NCBI GenBank assembly: GCA_963842525.1
Contig: CAWJGT010000009.1
Location: forward strand, 1,856,001 to 1,920,000
Length of the DNA: 64,000 nucleotides
Source: an uncultured Holophagales bacterium
Lineage (GTDB): Bacteria; Acidobacteriota; Thermoanaerobaculia; Multivoradales; UBA5704
Reading direction: 5' to 3'
Shown here: positions 9,748 through 19,338 of the stretch, piece after piece
Position numbering within the stretch: the first letter of the stretch is position 1
Layout: each line of letters begins with the position of its first letter
Notes under the pieces: model-generated
Seen by the model: the letters and a program-made list of their open reading frames with translations, nothing else
Databases searched by the model: none
Told to the model about the DNA's origin: nothing
Program-made: the position numbers and the translations under genes

Positions 9748-10344
9748 ATGGAGCGGTACCTGGTCAACGAGATCTTCTACAGCCTGCAGGGCGAAGGCGT
9801 CCGCGCCGGGACGCCCAACTTCTTTCTCCGCCTGTCGCGCTGCAATCTGGCCTGCAAGGTGGAGACGCACGGGTTCGACTGCGACACGGAGTTCGAGTCC
9901 GGCCGGTGGATGACGATCGATGAGGTTCTGACCGAGCTGCGCCAGCTCTCGGAGGCCTGCGGCTGGGTGATCCTGACCGGCGGCGAGCCGGCTCTCCAGG
10001 TGGACCGCGAGCTGATCGACCGGCTGCATGCGGCCGGCTACAAGCTGGCCATCGAGACGAACGGCTCGGTCGAGCTGCCGGAGGGGATCGACTGGATTAC
10101 GGTCAGTCCCAAGGTCGCCGAGCACGCCATCCGCCAGCGCTCGGCCCACGAGGTCAAGTACGTCCGCGGCCACGGCCAGGCGATCCCGCGGACCGTGGTC
10201 CAGGCCGAGCACTACCTCGTCTCGCCCGCCTTCGAAGGCGACCGGGTCGATCCCCGCGCCCTTGACTGGTGCATCCGCCTCTGCAAGGAGAACCCGCCGT
10301 GGCGGCTCTCCGTGCAGCAGCACAAGCTCTGGAAGGTGCGATAA
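9748..10344 (+). CDS. queE: 7-carboxy-7-deazaguanine synthase (radical SAM)
   Basis: EIFYSLQGEG, RLSRCNLAC...CDT, LTGGEP, IETNG, VSPK, LSVQQHK. Confidence 0.9.
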   Translation: MERYLVNEIFYSLQGEGVRAGTPNFFLRLSRCNLACKVETHGFDCDTEFESGRWMTIDEVLTELRQLSEACGWVILTGGEPALQVDRELIDRLHAAGYKLAIETNGSVELPEGIDWITVSPKVAEHAIRQRSAHEVKYVRGHGQAIPRTVVQAEHYLVSPAFEGDRVDPRALDWCIRLCKENPPWRLSVQQHKLWKVR

Positions 10345-10395
10345 GAAGGTCCCGCACAGGGGGCGCGCGCCTCCTGTGCGGGATCCGATCCTGCC

Positions 10396-11223
10396 TCAGG
10401 CTTCGAACGACCAGAAGCCGTTCGGACCCGCCTTCAGCGTCTCCTCCAGGGACACCTCGTGCTCGATGACCTGCTCGTCGCCGCCTTCGACCTTGAGGCC
10501 CAGGGCCGCGACAGCCTTCTCCAGGGAGCCGTGCTCGCGCAGGGCCTTGTCGAGCCGGGCCTGGAGGTCCTGCTCACCTCCTTTGCGGGTGGTCTCGGCC
10601 GTGACGAAGCCCAGCGGCCGATCAGGCGGATCGATGATCAACCGGGGCCGCCGGAGCTCCACCTTCGGGAAGCGGGCGATGATCTCGCTGTAGGCGTTGC
10701 CGCCGCCAAAGAAGTAGATGAAGATCCTCCCGTTCATCGTGAACGAGTACTGCTGGCCCGCGGACAGGTCGTCGCCGATGGTCAGCTCATAGTGCTGCGG
10801 AGCGTTGGCGGGGATGCGGGACAACGGCGGAGTGGGCACCAGGCCGCCGGCCTGGCTTCGGACCTCGAGATAGGCGTAGGCCGCGCCGGTGCCGGAGTTG
10901 ACAGTGACCGGACCGGCGTCGATGAAAGCCTTGAATTCGTGGTATCCGTCGCGCGCGGCGGTGAAGCGGTAGGTGAAGCCGAGGCGGTATTCTCCGCCAT
11001 AGAGGACGCCGTTGGACGGGGTGGGCTTGGTGCCGAGCTGCATGACGATCTCGCCGCGGGTCGGATTCCAGCCCTTGGCATACCAGAACACGTCGGTCCG
11101 CGGGAGCGCGCGGTACTCGGACCATGCGGGAGCCTGGAAAGGCGGCTGGAGCGTGACCGGAATGGGGATCGCCGTGGTGGCGTCAGCGGTTGCGTTGGCG
11201 GGTTGAGCGGTCTGCGTTGCCAT
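10396..11223 (-). CDS. Hypothetical protein, beta-rich
   Basis: 275-aa ORF with AAGGAGG RBS and protein-like composition. Confidence 0.65.
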   Translation of the reverse strand: MATQTAQPANATADATTAIPIPVTLQPPFQAPAWSEYRALPRTDVFWYAKGWNPTRGEIVMQLGTKPTPSNGVLYGGEYRLGFTYRFTAARDGYHEFKAFIDAGPVTVNSGTGAAYAYLEVRSQAGGLVPTPPLSRIPANAPQHYELTIGDDLSAGQQYSFTMNGRIFIYFFGGGNAYSEIIARFPKVELRRPRLIIDPPDRPLGFVTAETTRKGGEQDLQARLDKALREHGSLEKAVAALGLKVEGGDEQVIEHEVSLEETLKAGPNGFWSFEA

Positions 11224-11332
11224 GGATCATCCCTCCTTGGGGAAAGACCCCTGCCTGCGGGCGGGGGGGCTGGGTTCGAGGGACCCAGATCCACGAATCG
11301 GAAAAAGGTTTAGCCCGCTGGCTCAGGACGAC

Positions 11333-12079
11333 TCAGCGGACGGCGGTGTAGTCGGAGAGCATGCCTTTCTCGACACGCCGATCCACCTGGGAGAAGCCGG
11401 CGTCCGCGAGCGCCGCGAGGATGACGGACGGCTCGACGCAGCTCTCGATCGTCTCCCAGTAATAGCGCATCAGGGCCTGGGAGCTCCGGCCATGGCGGCC
11501 CAGGCGGGCGAGGAGGGGCACGAGGGTGCCGAGGTAGAGGGACAGGGCGCGGTGCGACAGCCGCGAGCGGGGCGGCGTGATCTCGAGGATCAGCAGCTTG
11601 CCTCCGGGCTTGAGCACCCGGTGGTACTCGCGGAAGGTGGCCTTCAGGTCGGCGACGTGCCGTAGCGCATAGCCCATGGTCAGCATGTCGAACCGGCCGT
11701 CGGGGAACGGCAGCGCCTCGGCGACGGCGCGCACCAGCCGCCGAACGCCGCGTCCCCGGGCCTGGCGGAGCATGCCGGTGCTGGGATCGAGGCCGAGCAC
11801 CAGGCCGTCCGGCCCGGCGATCTCCTGGGCGTGCGCGGCGAGGACGCCCGTACCGCAAGCCACGTCCAGGGCGCTCATGCCGGAGGTGAAGCCGGCCCGT
11901 TGCAGTGCCTGCCTGCGGTACCGGCTCCCGGAGCCGAAGCTCATCGCCTGGTTGATCCAGTCGTAGTCCGGGGCCGATTCGTTGAACCAGGCCAGGACCT
12001 GCCGTCGCCGCTCCTCCTCGTCGGAGTAATAGCGCGTCAGCGGTGGATGCGGGCGGAGGGGACCGGGATCTGTCGCCAT
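11333..12079 (-). CDS. UbiE/MenG-family SAM methyltransferase
   Basis: YDWINQAMSFG, LDVACGTG, AEALPFPD, RVLKPGG. Confidence 0.88.
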   Translation of the reverse strand: MATDPGPLRPHPPLTRYYSDEEERRRQVLAWFNESAPDYDWINQAMSFGSGSRYRRQALQRAGFTSGMSALDVACGTGVLAAHAQEIAGPDGLVLGLDPSTGMLRQARGRGVRRLVRAVAEALPFPDGRFDMLTMGYALRHVADLKATFREYHRVLKPGGKLLILEITPPRSRLSHRALSLYLGTLVPLLARLGRHGRSSQALMRYYWETIESCVEPSVILAALADAGFSQVDRRVEKGMLSDYTAVR

Positions 12080-12124
12080 GACCTGGCGGAAGCCTACCGC
12101 ACACGGCGCCGTTCTCCGGGATTT

Positions 12125-13423
12125 CTACTTGAAATAGCCCGCGACATCCAGCACGAAGTGCGCCGTCCCCGTCGTGGCGAGGGTACAGCGGACGCTGACC
12201 TCACCCTGGACGCCGAGGGGGAGGACCGCGTTATTCGCCCGCACCTTGCCGGCGGAGAAGTTGACCGTGCTCGTGCCCGGCATGGCGCCTCCCGTGGGAT
12301 AGAGCGCCAGGTTTCCAGTCGCGGCCGGGCTCACGACCGTGACGTTGGCCGCGACGGCGACGGCGTCCGCGGGGATGCCGCAGGTGCCGGCCACGGGGAA
12401 GCTCCGGGTGCTGCCCGCGGCGAGGGCGGGGCCGCCCTGGGGGCCGGCGGCCTGGCGGGTGTCGGCGACCCGGCAGGGAGGAAGGGTATGGAAGCTGGTG
12501 GCCTGGGAAGGCAGGGCGCTGTGGCAGAGGCCGGCTCCGGCGTCGGCGACGACTCCCTCCTCGGTCACGAACTGCCAGGTGTAGCCGCTGGGATGGAGCG
12601 TCAGCTTCAGGACGCCGAAGGCCGCTGCGTTCCGGACCTCGCTGTTGGCCCGTATCAGAGGAAAGCCGGTGTGGTTGCGGCCTCCCGTGCCGACCGTGAT
12701 CTGGCGGAGGCCCTGGGCCGGGTCGGCGGCGCCGGCGGGGTCCTGCGGGGCGAAGCGCTCGTAGACGTGGTCATGCCCGTTCAGGATGAGGTCCGCTCCG
12801 GCTGCATGGAGGTCCGTCCAGAACGCCTGGAAGGTGACGTCGTTGCCGTGCGGCCCCGAAGAGAACCGCGGATGGTGCCAATAGGCGAGGGTGCAGACGC
12901 CGGGGTGCGCCGCGAGGTCGGCCGCGAGCCACTGCTCCTGCGGCGAGCCGGGGCCGCAGCCTCCGACCGGCGCGCAGTTGGAATTGAGGGCGATGAGGTG
13001 CCAACCGCCCAGGTCGAAGCTGTAATACCCCTTCGCCGGATCGCCCGCCGCCGCGCCGAAATAGGAGAAGTAGCCGGCCGCTCCTGTGGTCCCGTAGTCG
13101 TGGTTGCCCGGGGCCGGACGGGTGACGGCCTTCAGGCGTCCCCAGGTCGGGTCGTAGGACGCCTGGTATTTCGCCAGGGCCCCGTCCTCATACTGGTTGT
13201 CTCCCAGGAGGAGGACGGCGTCCGGATCGAGAGCCAGCGCCAGATCCGAGGTGGCCTTCATGCGGCAGGCGGTGGCGGTGCCGTTCCCGCCGTTGAAGCT
13301 CGCATCGGCGGGATCGCAGGCGATGTCTCCGGCCGCGACCACGACAGGCGGGCTCTGCCCATGGGCCGCCAGGGCCGGGGCGAGGAGGAACAGGGTGCAG
13401 AGACGGAGCGCTGGACGAGTCAT
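12125..13423 (-). CDS. Secreted calcineurin-like metallophosphoesterase with C-terminal beta domain
   Basis: AAGDIA, LGDNQY, PGNHDY, HHP, GHDHVYER; tail FHTLPPCRVADTR...DVAGYF. Confidence 0.88.
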   Translation of the reverse strand: MTRPALRLCTLFLLAPALAAHGQSPPVVVAAGDIACDPADASFNGGNGTATACRMKATSDLALALDPDAVLLLGDNQYEDGALAKYQASYDPTWGRLKAVTRPAPGNHDYGTTGAAGYFSYFGAAAGDPAKGYYSFDLGGWHLIALNSNCAPVGGCGPGSPQEQWLAADLAAHPGVCTLAYWHHPRFSSGPHGNDVTFQAFWTDLHAAGADLILNGHDHVYERFAPQDPAGAADPAQGLRQITVGTGGRNHTGFPLIRANSEVRNAAAFGVLKLTLHPSGYTWQFVTEEGVVADAGAGLCHSALPSQATSFHTLPPCRVADTRQAAGPQGGPALAAGSTRSFPVAGTCGIPADAVAVAANVTVVSPAATGNLALYPTGGAMPGTSTVNFSAGKVRANNAVLPLGVQGEVSVRCTLATTGTAHFVLDVAGYFK

Positions 13424-13542
13424 GGGTTGCGATCTCCGGGCCATGGTAGAATAGATCCGTCTCAAGACCCTATCGATCCGGGAGTCGGCCTGCTCGACGG
13501 AGCCGGCCTGCTGTGGTTCCTTGTGCCGAAGGAGGAGGCTGG

Positions 13543-14442
13543 ATGAGCGGTCAGGTCTGTGCGCAGCACCCCGAGGTCCCCGCGTCGTTCCGTTGTGACG
13601 GATGCGGCAAGCTCCTCTGTGGCGACTGTATCAAGAAGGGGCACGCCCTCCTCTTCTGCTCGCAGTGCGGCGAGCGGGCGCTGCCGCTCCACGAGGGCCA
13701 GCCGGCCACGGTGCGCGAGGCGCGCCGCAAGGAGGTCGTGTCCAAGCCGTACAGCTTCAAGGAGGCGCTCTTCTATCCCTTTCGCGGCATGGGGCTCTAC
13801 CTCTACATCGCCGCGCTGGTCTCGATGGCGGTCGTCGAGATCCTGCTGCGCTTCGGCTTCGGCTGCTGGCCGATCGTCCTAGCGCTCGGTTTCTGGTCGC
13901 TGATGATCGGGATCCAGTTCTCGATCGTGCGCACCACGGCGGAGGGGGAGAACGAGCTGCCCGAATGGCCGGACTATTCGGACTTCGGCGAGCGCGTCTT
14001 TGACGTTCTGACCTACATCTACATCTTCAGCCTGCAGATCGGGCCGGCGGCAGCCTATGTGCTGCTGCAGATGGAGACCCTGCTCACCAAGGAGCCGAGC
14101 TTCGTGTTCTGGGCCGGCTTCGCGGTCTGCCTCTGGCTCGGCTTCGCGCTGGCGACCATGGCCTATGGCGCGGCCGGCCGCTTCAGCCGGGTGAGCGCCA
14201 TGCGGCTCGACCTGCACATCAAGGGATTCCTGGCCGGCGGAGCGGACGCGGTGACGGCGACGAATATGGCGTTCGCGCTCGGGATCGGCTTCCTGGTGCT
14301 GCGCGCGCTGCTGAGCCAGATCCCGTTCGTCGGCGAGGCGGCGAGCGGCATCGTGGGCGCCTATTGGTTCTTCACCAGCGCCCACCTGCCCGGCGTGCTC
14401 TTCCGGCGCCACATCTTCGAATACGAGAAGCTGTACGACTAG
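13543..14442 (+). CDS. B-box-like zinc finger plus multi-TM membrane protein
   Basis: CAQHP..CDGC..CGDC..CSQC followed by about 6 hydrophobic helices. Confidence 0.75.
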   Translation: MSGQVCAQHPEVPASFRCDGCGKLLCGDCIKKGHALLFCSQCGERALPLHEGQPATVREARRKEVVSKPYSFKEALFYPFRGMGLYLYIAALVSMAVVEILLRFGFGCWPIVLALGFWSLMIGIQFSIVRTTAEGENELPEWPDYSDFGERVFDVLTYIYIFSLQIGPAAAYVLLQMETLLTKEPSFVFWAGFAVCLWLGFALATMAYGAAGRFSRVSAMRLDLHIKGFLAGGADAVTATNMAFALGIGFLVLRALLSQIPFVGEAASGIVGAYWFFTSAHLPGVLFRRHIFEYEKLYD

Positions 14443-14551
14443 GCGGGACGCTCCGAGTAGTAACATCTGCACGGCCACTCCGGCGGCGGCCATCGACCCG
14501 TTCGGCCGCTGCATCGGGTGACCTGAGATCCAGTTCGTTCTGGATGGAGGC

Positions 14552-16000
14552 TTACGCCCTCGCCCGTCGCAAGTCGTCCAAAAACCCCTGCGCAACTTCC
14601 ACGGTGATGGTCTCCTTTTCCACAGCCTCGCAGAACAGCTTGACGGTGGCGAAGGCCTCACGGGAGACCTGCTGGGCCTTGAAGACCGGGAGGAGCTGGC
14701 GGGTCAGCTCCTGGACCTCGGCAAAACGTCCTTCCCTGAGATAGAGGACGGCCAGCTCGAAGGTGACCAGGGCGGTGTCGTAGGCGATCCGGCGCGCCAG
14801 GAACGCCTGGCGCACCTGCTCGAAGGCGGCTTCGGCCTCCTGGGCCTGCCCGCGCAGGGCCGCAATCCTCGCGCCTAACCACGTCAGCCGGACCAGGTCC
14901 AGCTCGTTGCCGAGCCGGATCGTCAGCTCGCGCACTTCCTCGATCCTCTTCTCGGCCTCGGCGTGGCGGCCGACCTGGAACAGGTAGTCCAAGAGATTGA
15001 AGCGCAGGGTGAGCCCCACCCGGGGCTCGCGCTCGTTGTCAACCCGGGGCAGGGCCCGCTCTAAAGTCTCGATCGCTTCCTCATAGCGGCCAAGCTCTTC
15101 GAGGGTCTTGGCACGAATGATGAGAATGCGTCCGGCGCGGGTGCCGGTGCGGTCGGCGGCCAGGGCCCGGTCGAGCAGGTCGAGGGCCTCGGGCAGACGG
15201 CGCTGCGCACGCCGCAGGGAAGCTTCGAGGTCGAGGACGCGGGCCTCGTCGAGCAGGCGCTCGGGATCGCCTGGGGCGCCGTCTTCCCAGAGCCGGAGGG
15301 CCTCCTGGAAGGTCTCGCCGGCCCTGGGCAGTTGACCCTGGACGCGGTGGGCATTGCCGAGGGCGATGCCCGCTTCTGCCTGGACGCGCCAGCGCCAGGT
15401 CCTGCTGCCGGGCACGAGACTGGCGACCAGGACGGCCAGTTCGGCCAGCTCCACGGCCTCGTCGGCGCTGTGGGCCGCCGCATCCACGCTGAGGCGGCCC
15501 AGCAGCTCGCTCAGCCCCCAACTGTGGAAGTCCGAGTTATCCCGCACCAGCGCCCGCCGCCGCTCCGGTGCAAGGGGCTTCAGCCGCTCCCACAGCAAGG
15601 GGGCAAGACGCCGTTCCTCCCTGGCCGGTTTGGGAAAGGCGAGGAGAGGATCCTGGGGCAGGGCTTCGAGCCGCTTCGCCAGCGAGGAGCCAATGGCCAG
15701 AGTGAGCCGCACCCCTGACCGAATTGCGCTGGTCGCTGTCGCGCCGCGGCGGGACGAGAGATCTCTGAAGGGTGCCAGGAGATCGGCGAGCGCCTCAAGG
15801 TCAGGGATCGTCACGTCCAGGGCGCCGGCGATCCGTTGCAGGGTCGCGGGCTGCGGGGTGACCAGGCCCTGCTCGTAGGCCAGCACCATGTGCGGCTTCA
15901 GCCGGGCGGCCCGGGCCACGTCCTCCGGGCTCCGCCCTCGCAACGCCCGGAACGCGGCCAGCGCCGCGTTGAGACCGGGCCTGTTACGGAAGGTTGTCAT
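14552..16000 (-). CDS. XRE-type HTH + TPR protein (paralogue 1)
   Basis: N-terminal HTH (VARAARL..VLAYEQG); TPR-like helices (LGNAHRVQG, LGRYEEAIETLERAL). Confidence 0.85.
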   Translation of the reverse strand: MTTFRNRPGLNAALAAFRALRGRSPEDVARAARLKPHMVLAYEQGLVTPQPATLQRIAGALDVTIPDLEALADLLAPFRDLSSRRGATATSAIRSGVRLTLAIGSSLAKRLEALPQDPLLAFPKPAREERRLAPLLWERLKPLAPERRRALVRDNSDFHSWGLSELLGRLSVDAAAHSADEAVELAELAVLVASLVPGSRTWRWRVQAEAGIALGNAHRVQGQLPRAGETFQEALRLWEDGAPGDPERLLDEARVLDLEASLRRAQRRLPEALDLLDRALAADRTGTRAGRILIIRAKTLEELGRYEEAIETLERALPRVDNEREPRVGLTLRFNLLDYLFQVGRHAEAEKRIEEVRELTIRLGNELDLVRLTWLGARIAALRGQAQEAEAAFEQVRQAFLARRIAYDTALVTFELAVLYLREGRFAEVQELTRQLLPVFKAQQVSREAFATVKLFCEAVEKETITVEVAQGFLDDLRRARA

Positions 16001-16132
16001 CGGCTCTCCTCTCTATAGATTCTACAGCGGCGAAAATCAGGGTTGTCCCGGCTTCCAGGAGCCGGAACGCACCATACTTTTCGGAACGCCGCCATCGCGG
16101 CCGATGGCTGGCGGTCCTGAAAGGAGCTGCAC

Positions 16133-16444
16133 ATGACCTCTTCCTCGTTCCGTCGCAAGATCTTCATCTTCCTGCTTGCCGGAGTCCTGGCCGCCTCATG
16201 GGGCTTGGCCGAGGAGCCGCGGAACCTGCCTGGGCCAGACCGCGCAGGGACCTTCGCCTGGGCTCCCCTCGACCTCCTCTCCCGTTTCTGGAGCGCCCTT
16301 ACCGCCCTCTGGGGCGAGAGCGGGTGCACCCTCGACCCGAGCGGCGCCTGCATCACCAGCCCGGGCGACGGCACCAGCTCCGGCACGGCGGGCGACGAGG
16401 GCTGCACCCTCGACCCTAATGGTCGGTGCCTGGGCGGGAGCTAG
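16133..16444 (+). CDS. Small secreted peptide precursor with two GCTLDPxGxC repeats
   Basis: AAGGAG RBS; signal peptide; ESGCTLDPSGAC and DEGCTLDPNGRC. Confidence 0.75.
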   Translation: MTSSSFRRKIFIFLLAGVLAASWGLAEEPRNLPGPDRAGTFAWAPLDLLSRFWSALTALWGESGCTLDPSGACITSPGDGTSSGTAGDEGCTLDPNGRCLGGS

Positions 16445-16508
16445 AGCCCCTCACCGCCTTGACCCCCTCTCCCAACCACCCTCCCGATCCGCCGGGAGAG
16501 GGGGAAGC

Positions 16509-17943
16509 TCACGACCCTGCCCGCCGCAAGTCGTCCAAAAAGCTCTGCGCAAGCTCCACGGTGATGGTCTCCTTCTCCACGGCCTCGCAGAACAGCTTGA
16601 CGGTGGCGAAGGCCTCGCGGGAGACCTTCTGGGCCTTGAAGACCGGGAGGAGCTGACGAGCTCAGCTCCTGGACCTCGGCAAAACGTCCTTCCCGGAGAT
16701 GGAGGACGGCCAGCTCGAAGGTGATCAGGGCGGTGTCAAAGGCGATCCTGCGCGCCAGGAACGCTTGGCGCACCTGCTCGAAGGCGGCTTCGGCCTCCTG
16801 GGCCTGCCCGCGCAGGGCCGCGATCCTCCCGCCTAGCCACGTCAGGCGCACCAGGTCCAGCTCGTTGCCGAGCCGGATCGTCAGCTCGCGCACTTCCTCG
16901 ATCATCGTCTCGGCCTCGGCGTGGCGGCCGACCTGGAACAAGTAGTCCAAGAGATTGAAGCGCAGTAGCCCCACCCGGGGCTCGCGCTCGTTGTCAACCC
17001 GGGGCAGGGCCCGCTCCAGGGTCTCGATCGCTTCCTCATAGCGGCCAAGCTCTTCCAGGGTCTTGGCACGAATGATGAGAATGCGTCCGGCGCGGGTGCC
17101 GGTGCGGTCGGCGGCCAGGGCCCGGTCGAGCAGGTCGAGCGCCTCGGGCAGGCGGCGCTGAGCCCGGCGCAGGGAAGCCTCGAGGTCGAGGACGCGGGCC
17201 TCGTCGAGCAGCCGCTCGGGATCGCCCGGGGCGCCGTCTTCCCAGAGCCGGAGGGCCTCCTGGAAGGTCTCGCCGGCCTTGGGCAGTTGGCCCTGGACGC
17301 GATGGGCATTGCCGAGGGCGATGCCGGCTTCTCCCTGGACGCGCCAGCGCCAGGTCTTGCTGCCGGGCACGAGGCTGGCGACCAGCACGGCCAGATCGGC
17401 CAGCTCCACGGCCTCGTCGGCGCTGTGGGCCGCCGCGTCCACGCTGAGACGGCCCAGCAGCTCGCTCAGCCCCCAACTATGGAAGTCCGGGTTCTCCCGC
17501 ACCAGCGCCCGCCGCCGCTCCGGCGCAAGCGGCTTCAGCCGCTCCCAGAGCCACGGCGCCAGCCGCCTCTCGATGAAGGCTCCGAGCCGCGTCTCGATGC
17601 GCAGCGTGGTCGCGACGACGAATTCCTCGACCTCCAGGCCGGTCTGGGCGGCGGCCAGCCGGATCTCCCGGTGTGCCGCGCCGGCTGTGGCCGCGCCCAG
17701 GTCCCGCTCCGCGTCCGCCAGCCGCAGGTAGGAAAAGGTGCGGTCCACCATCGAGGGCGGGTAGCCCATCTTCCCCGCCGCCCCCTCCAGCAACTCCCGG
17801 GACGGTGTCAGCTTCCCGCTCTCGTAGTCGTAGAGCGACGGCTCGGTCAGGCCGAGCGCCCGGGCCAACCGGTTCTTCTTCCACCCGCGGGCCTCACGCA
17901 TCTGGGAAAGGACCCGCGACTCCACCGGCTTCCGTTTTTCCAT
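16509..17943 (-). CDS. XRE-type HTH + TPR protein (paralogue 2; frameshift near 16660)
   Basis: LARALGLTEPSLYDYESG HTH; TPR region almost identical to paralogue 1; by alignment the true stop is at 16509-16511. Confidence 0.82.
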
Positions 17944-18183
17944 TCTCCCTCCTTGTCGTGCTTTCTAAAGACAGAGAGTGTCCCACGGCGGGAAATCGTG
18001 ACACGGAAGGGGAAACTGGCCGGCCTCTCTCTCCGGAACGGGTGAGGCCGGGAAATTTTGGGGTGTCCACTCGACCACCAGACAATCTTCTTCTCGATTG
18101 CCGTTGCGCTGTTGGACCCGGGTACAGACCACCGTAGCCTCACTCCAGTGAAGTGGCTTCGCCCCTGAGGAGGAGACGGCGCG

Positions 18184-18414
18184 ATGTTCAAGGAGAGAGC
18201 CGCCGCGCAGGCGGGCCGGTCCACCGGCCATCCCGGAGAGGAGCAGCTCGAACGCTTCCTCCGCGGGGAGTCCGACCGTCCTGAGCGGCGTGCCGTCTTG
18301 CGTCATCTCTTGACCGGCTGCCGTGAGTGTGTGGCGGTCACCGGGCCCATCTGGAGCCAGGCCGACCGCCCTCGCAGCCACCAGCTCGATCCGGAGGCTG
18401 CTCTGCGTGGCTGA
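18184..18414 (+). CDS. Small zf-HC2-like protein
   Basis: GAGGAG RBS; HPGEEQLERFLRG...HLLTGCREC. Confidence 0.6.
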   Translation: MFKERAAAQAGRSTGHPGEEQLERFLRGESDRPERRAVLRHLLTGCRECVAVTGPIWSQADRPRSHQLDPEAALRG

Positions 18415-18598
18415 GATGAGGGAGGGGAAACATCCCAGGGCAGGCGATCTGCGGGAGATGCTCCGCGATCTGCCGATCCCCGACGCCGGTTTCGTCCTCC
18501 ACCTGCTGGACTGTCCACGCTGCGCCCAGATCGCCCGCAAGGTGTTGGCGCCCAAGCCGATCCGCCGGCGTCGGCCGCAAGCGCAGGAGGGCACGTAG
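18407..18598 (+). CDS. Second small zf-HC2-like protein
   Basis: GGAGG + GTG start overlapping the upstream stop; HP...HLLDCPRC. Confidence 0.5.
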   Translation: MAEMREGKHPRAGDLREMLRDLPIPDAGFVLHLLDCPRCAQIARKVLAPKPIRRRRPQAQEGT

Positions 18599-18684
18599 GG
18601 TTGAGGAACCCCTTGCACAACGACGAGTTGCGGCGACTCGTGGCGAGCCTGTTTAGTCTCTGAGGTGCGCGGTTCGGACCCGGC

Positions 18685-19077
18685 TCAGTCTCCCTCCGGT
18701 CCTTCCGAGAAATCCTCCGCGCCACCCGGACTTCCCATCTGCCGCATGTCTTTCTCGATCTGCTGGATGTCCCGGTCGGCCGGGCTCTCGAGGGCGGCGC
18801 CGGCCGGGCCTCGCATGCTCTTGAAAGAGCGGACGAGCTGCAGGTGCAGCGTGTGACAGACGAACGCGGTCAGCGCGAGGAGCAGGAGCGTCACGCCGAG
18901 CGCCGGCCCGATGGCGCCTTTCGGCTGGCTCGCCGCGGCAGCGGCCCCGGCTCCGGCCGGCGGGGCCTCCCCGGCCTCGCGCCGGCAGCGGATGCAGCCT
19001 GAATACTTCGCGGAATCGTAGTGCAGCCCGTGCTTCTCGCACTGGACGACGGTCGCCGGCTTCGCTTGGCCTTCCAC
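18685..19077 (-). CDS. Small membrane protein with CxxH..CxxC N-terminus
   Basis: CEKH...CIRC, one TM helix, GAGG RBS. Confidence 0.6.
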   Translation of the reverse strand: MEGQAKPATVVQCEKHGLHYDSAKYSGCIRCRREAGEAPPAGAGAAAAASQPKGAIGPALGVTLLLLALTAFVCHTLHLQLVRSFKSMRGPAGAALESPADRDIQQIEKDMRQMGSPGGAEDFSEGPEGD

Positions 19078-19127
19078 GTGGGGGACCTCCTCGACTCAGA
19101 TTTCCCCAATTCTATCATCAGTCTGCC

Positions 19128-19155
19128 CCATCAGTCGGCAAAGTCCACGGCCGAG
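19128..19155 (+). repeat. 28-bp direct repeat, copy 1 (copy 2 at 23656-23683)
   Basis: CCATCAGTCGGCAAAGTCCACGGCCGAG vs CCATCAGTCGGCAAAATCCACGGCCGAG. Confidence 0.85.
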
Positions 19156-19338
19156 AAGCCGAGCAGGGGAGGCGGGAGTGGGCATGGGAACGCCTATTGT
19201 AGCTGAATCGAAATGCTTATCCCTAGGAGGACACCCTCTTCAGGGAGTTTCCTTCGGTTGTTCGGGGAAAAACGCCCAAAGTGCCGTCCAATTCCAGAGG
19301 AGAGCCGACGGAGGGGAAGCCCCTCGGGAGTAGTCACC

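Noticed and set aside
9748-10344. Dpd 7-deazaguanine DNA modification island
   Set aside because: No dpdA, queC, queD or folE nearby; more simply the housekeeping queuosine gene.
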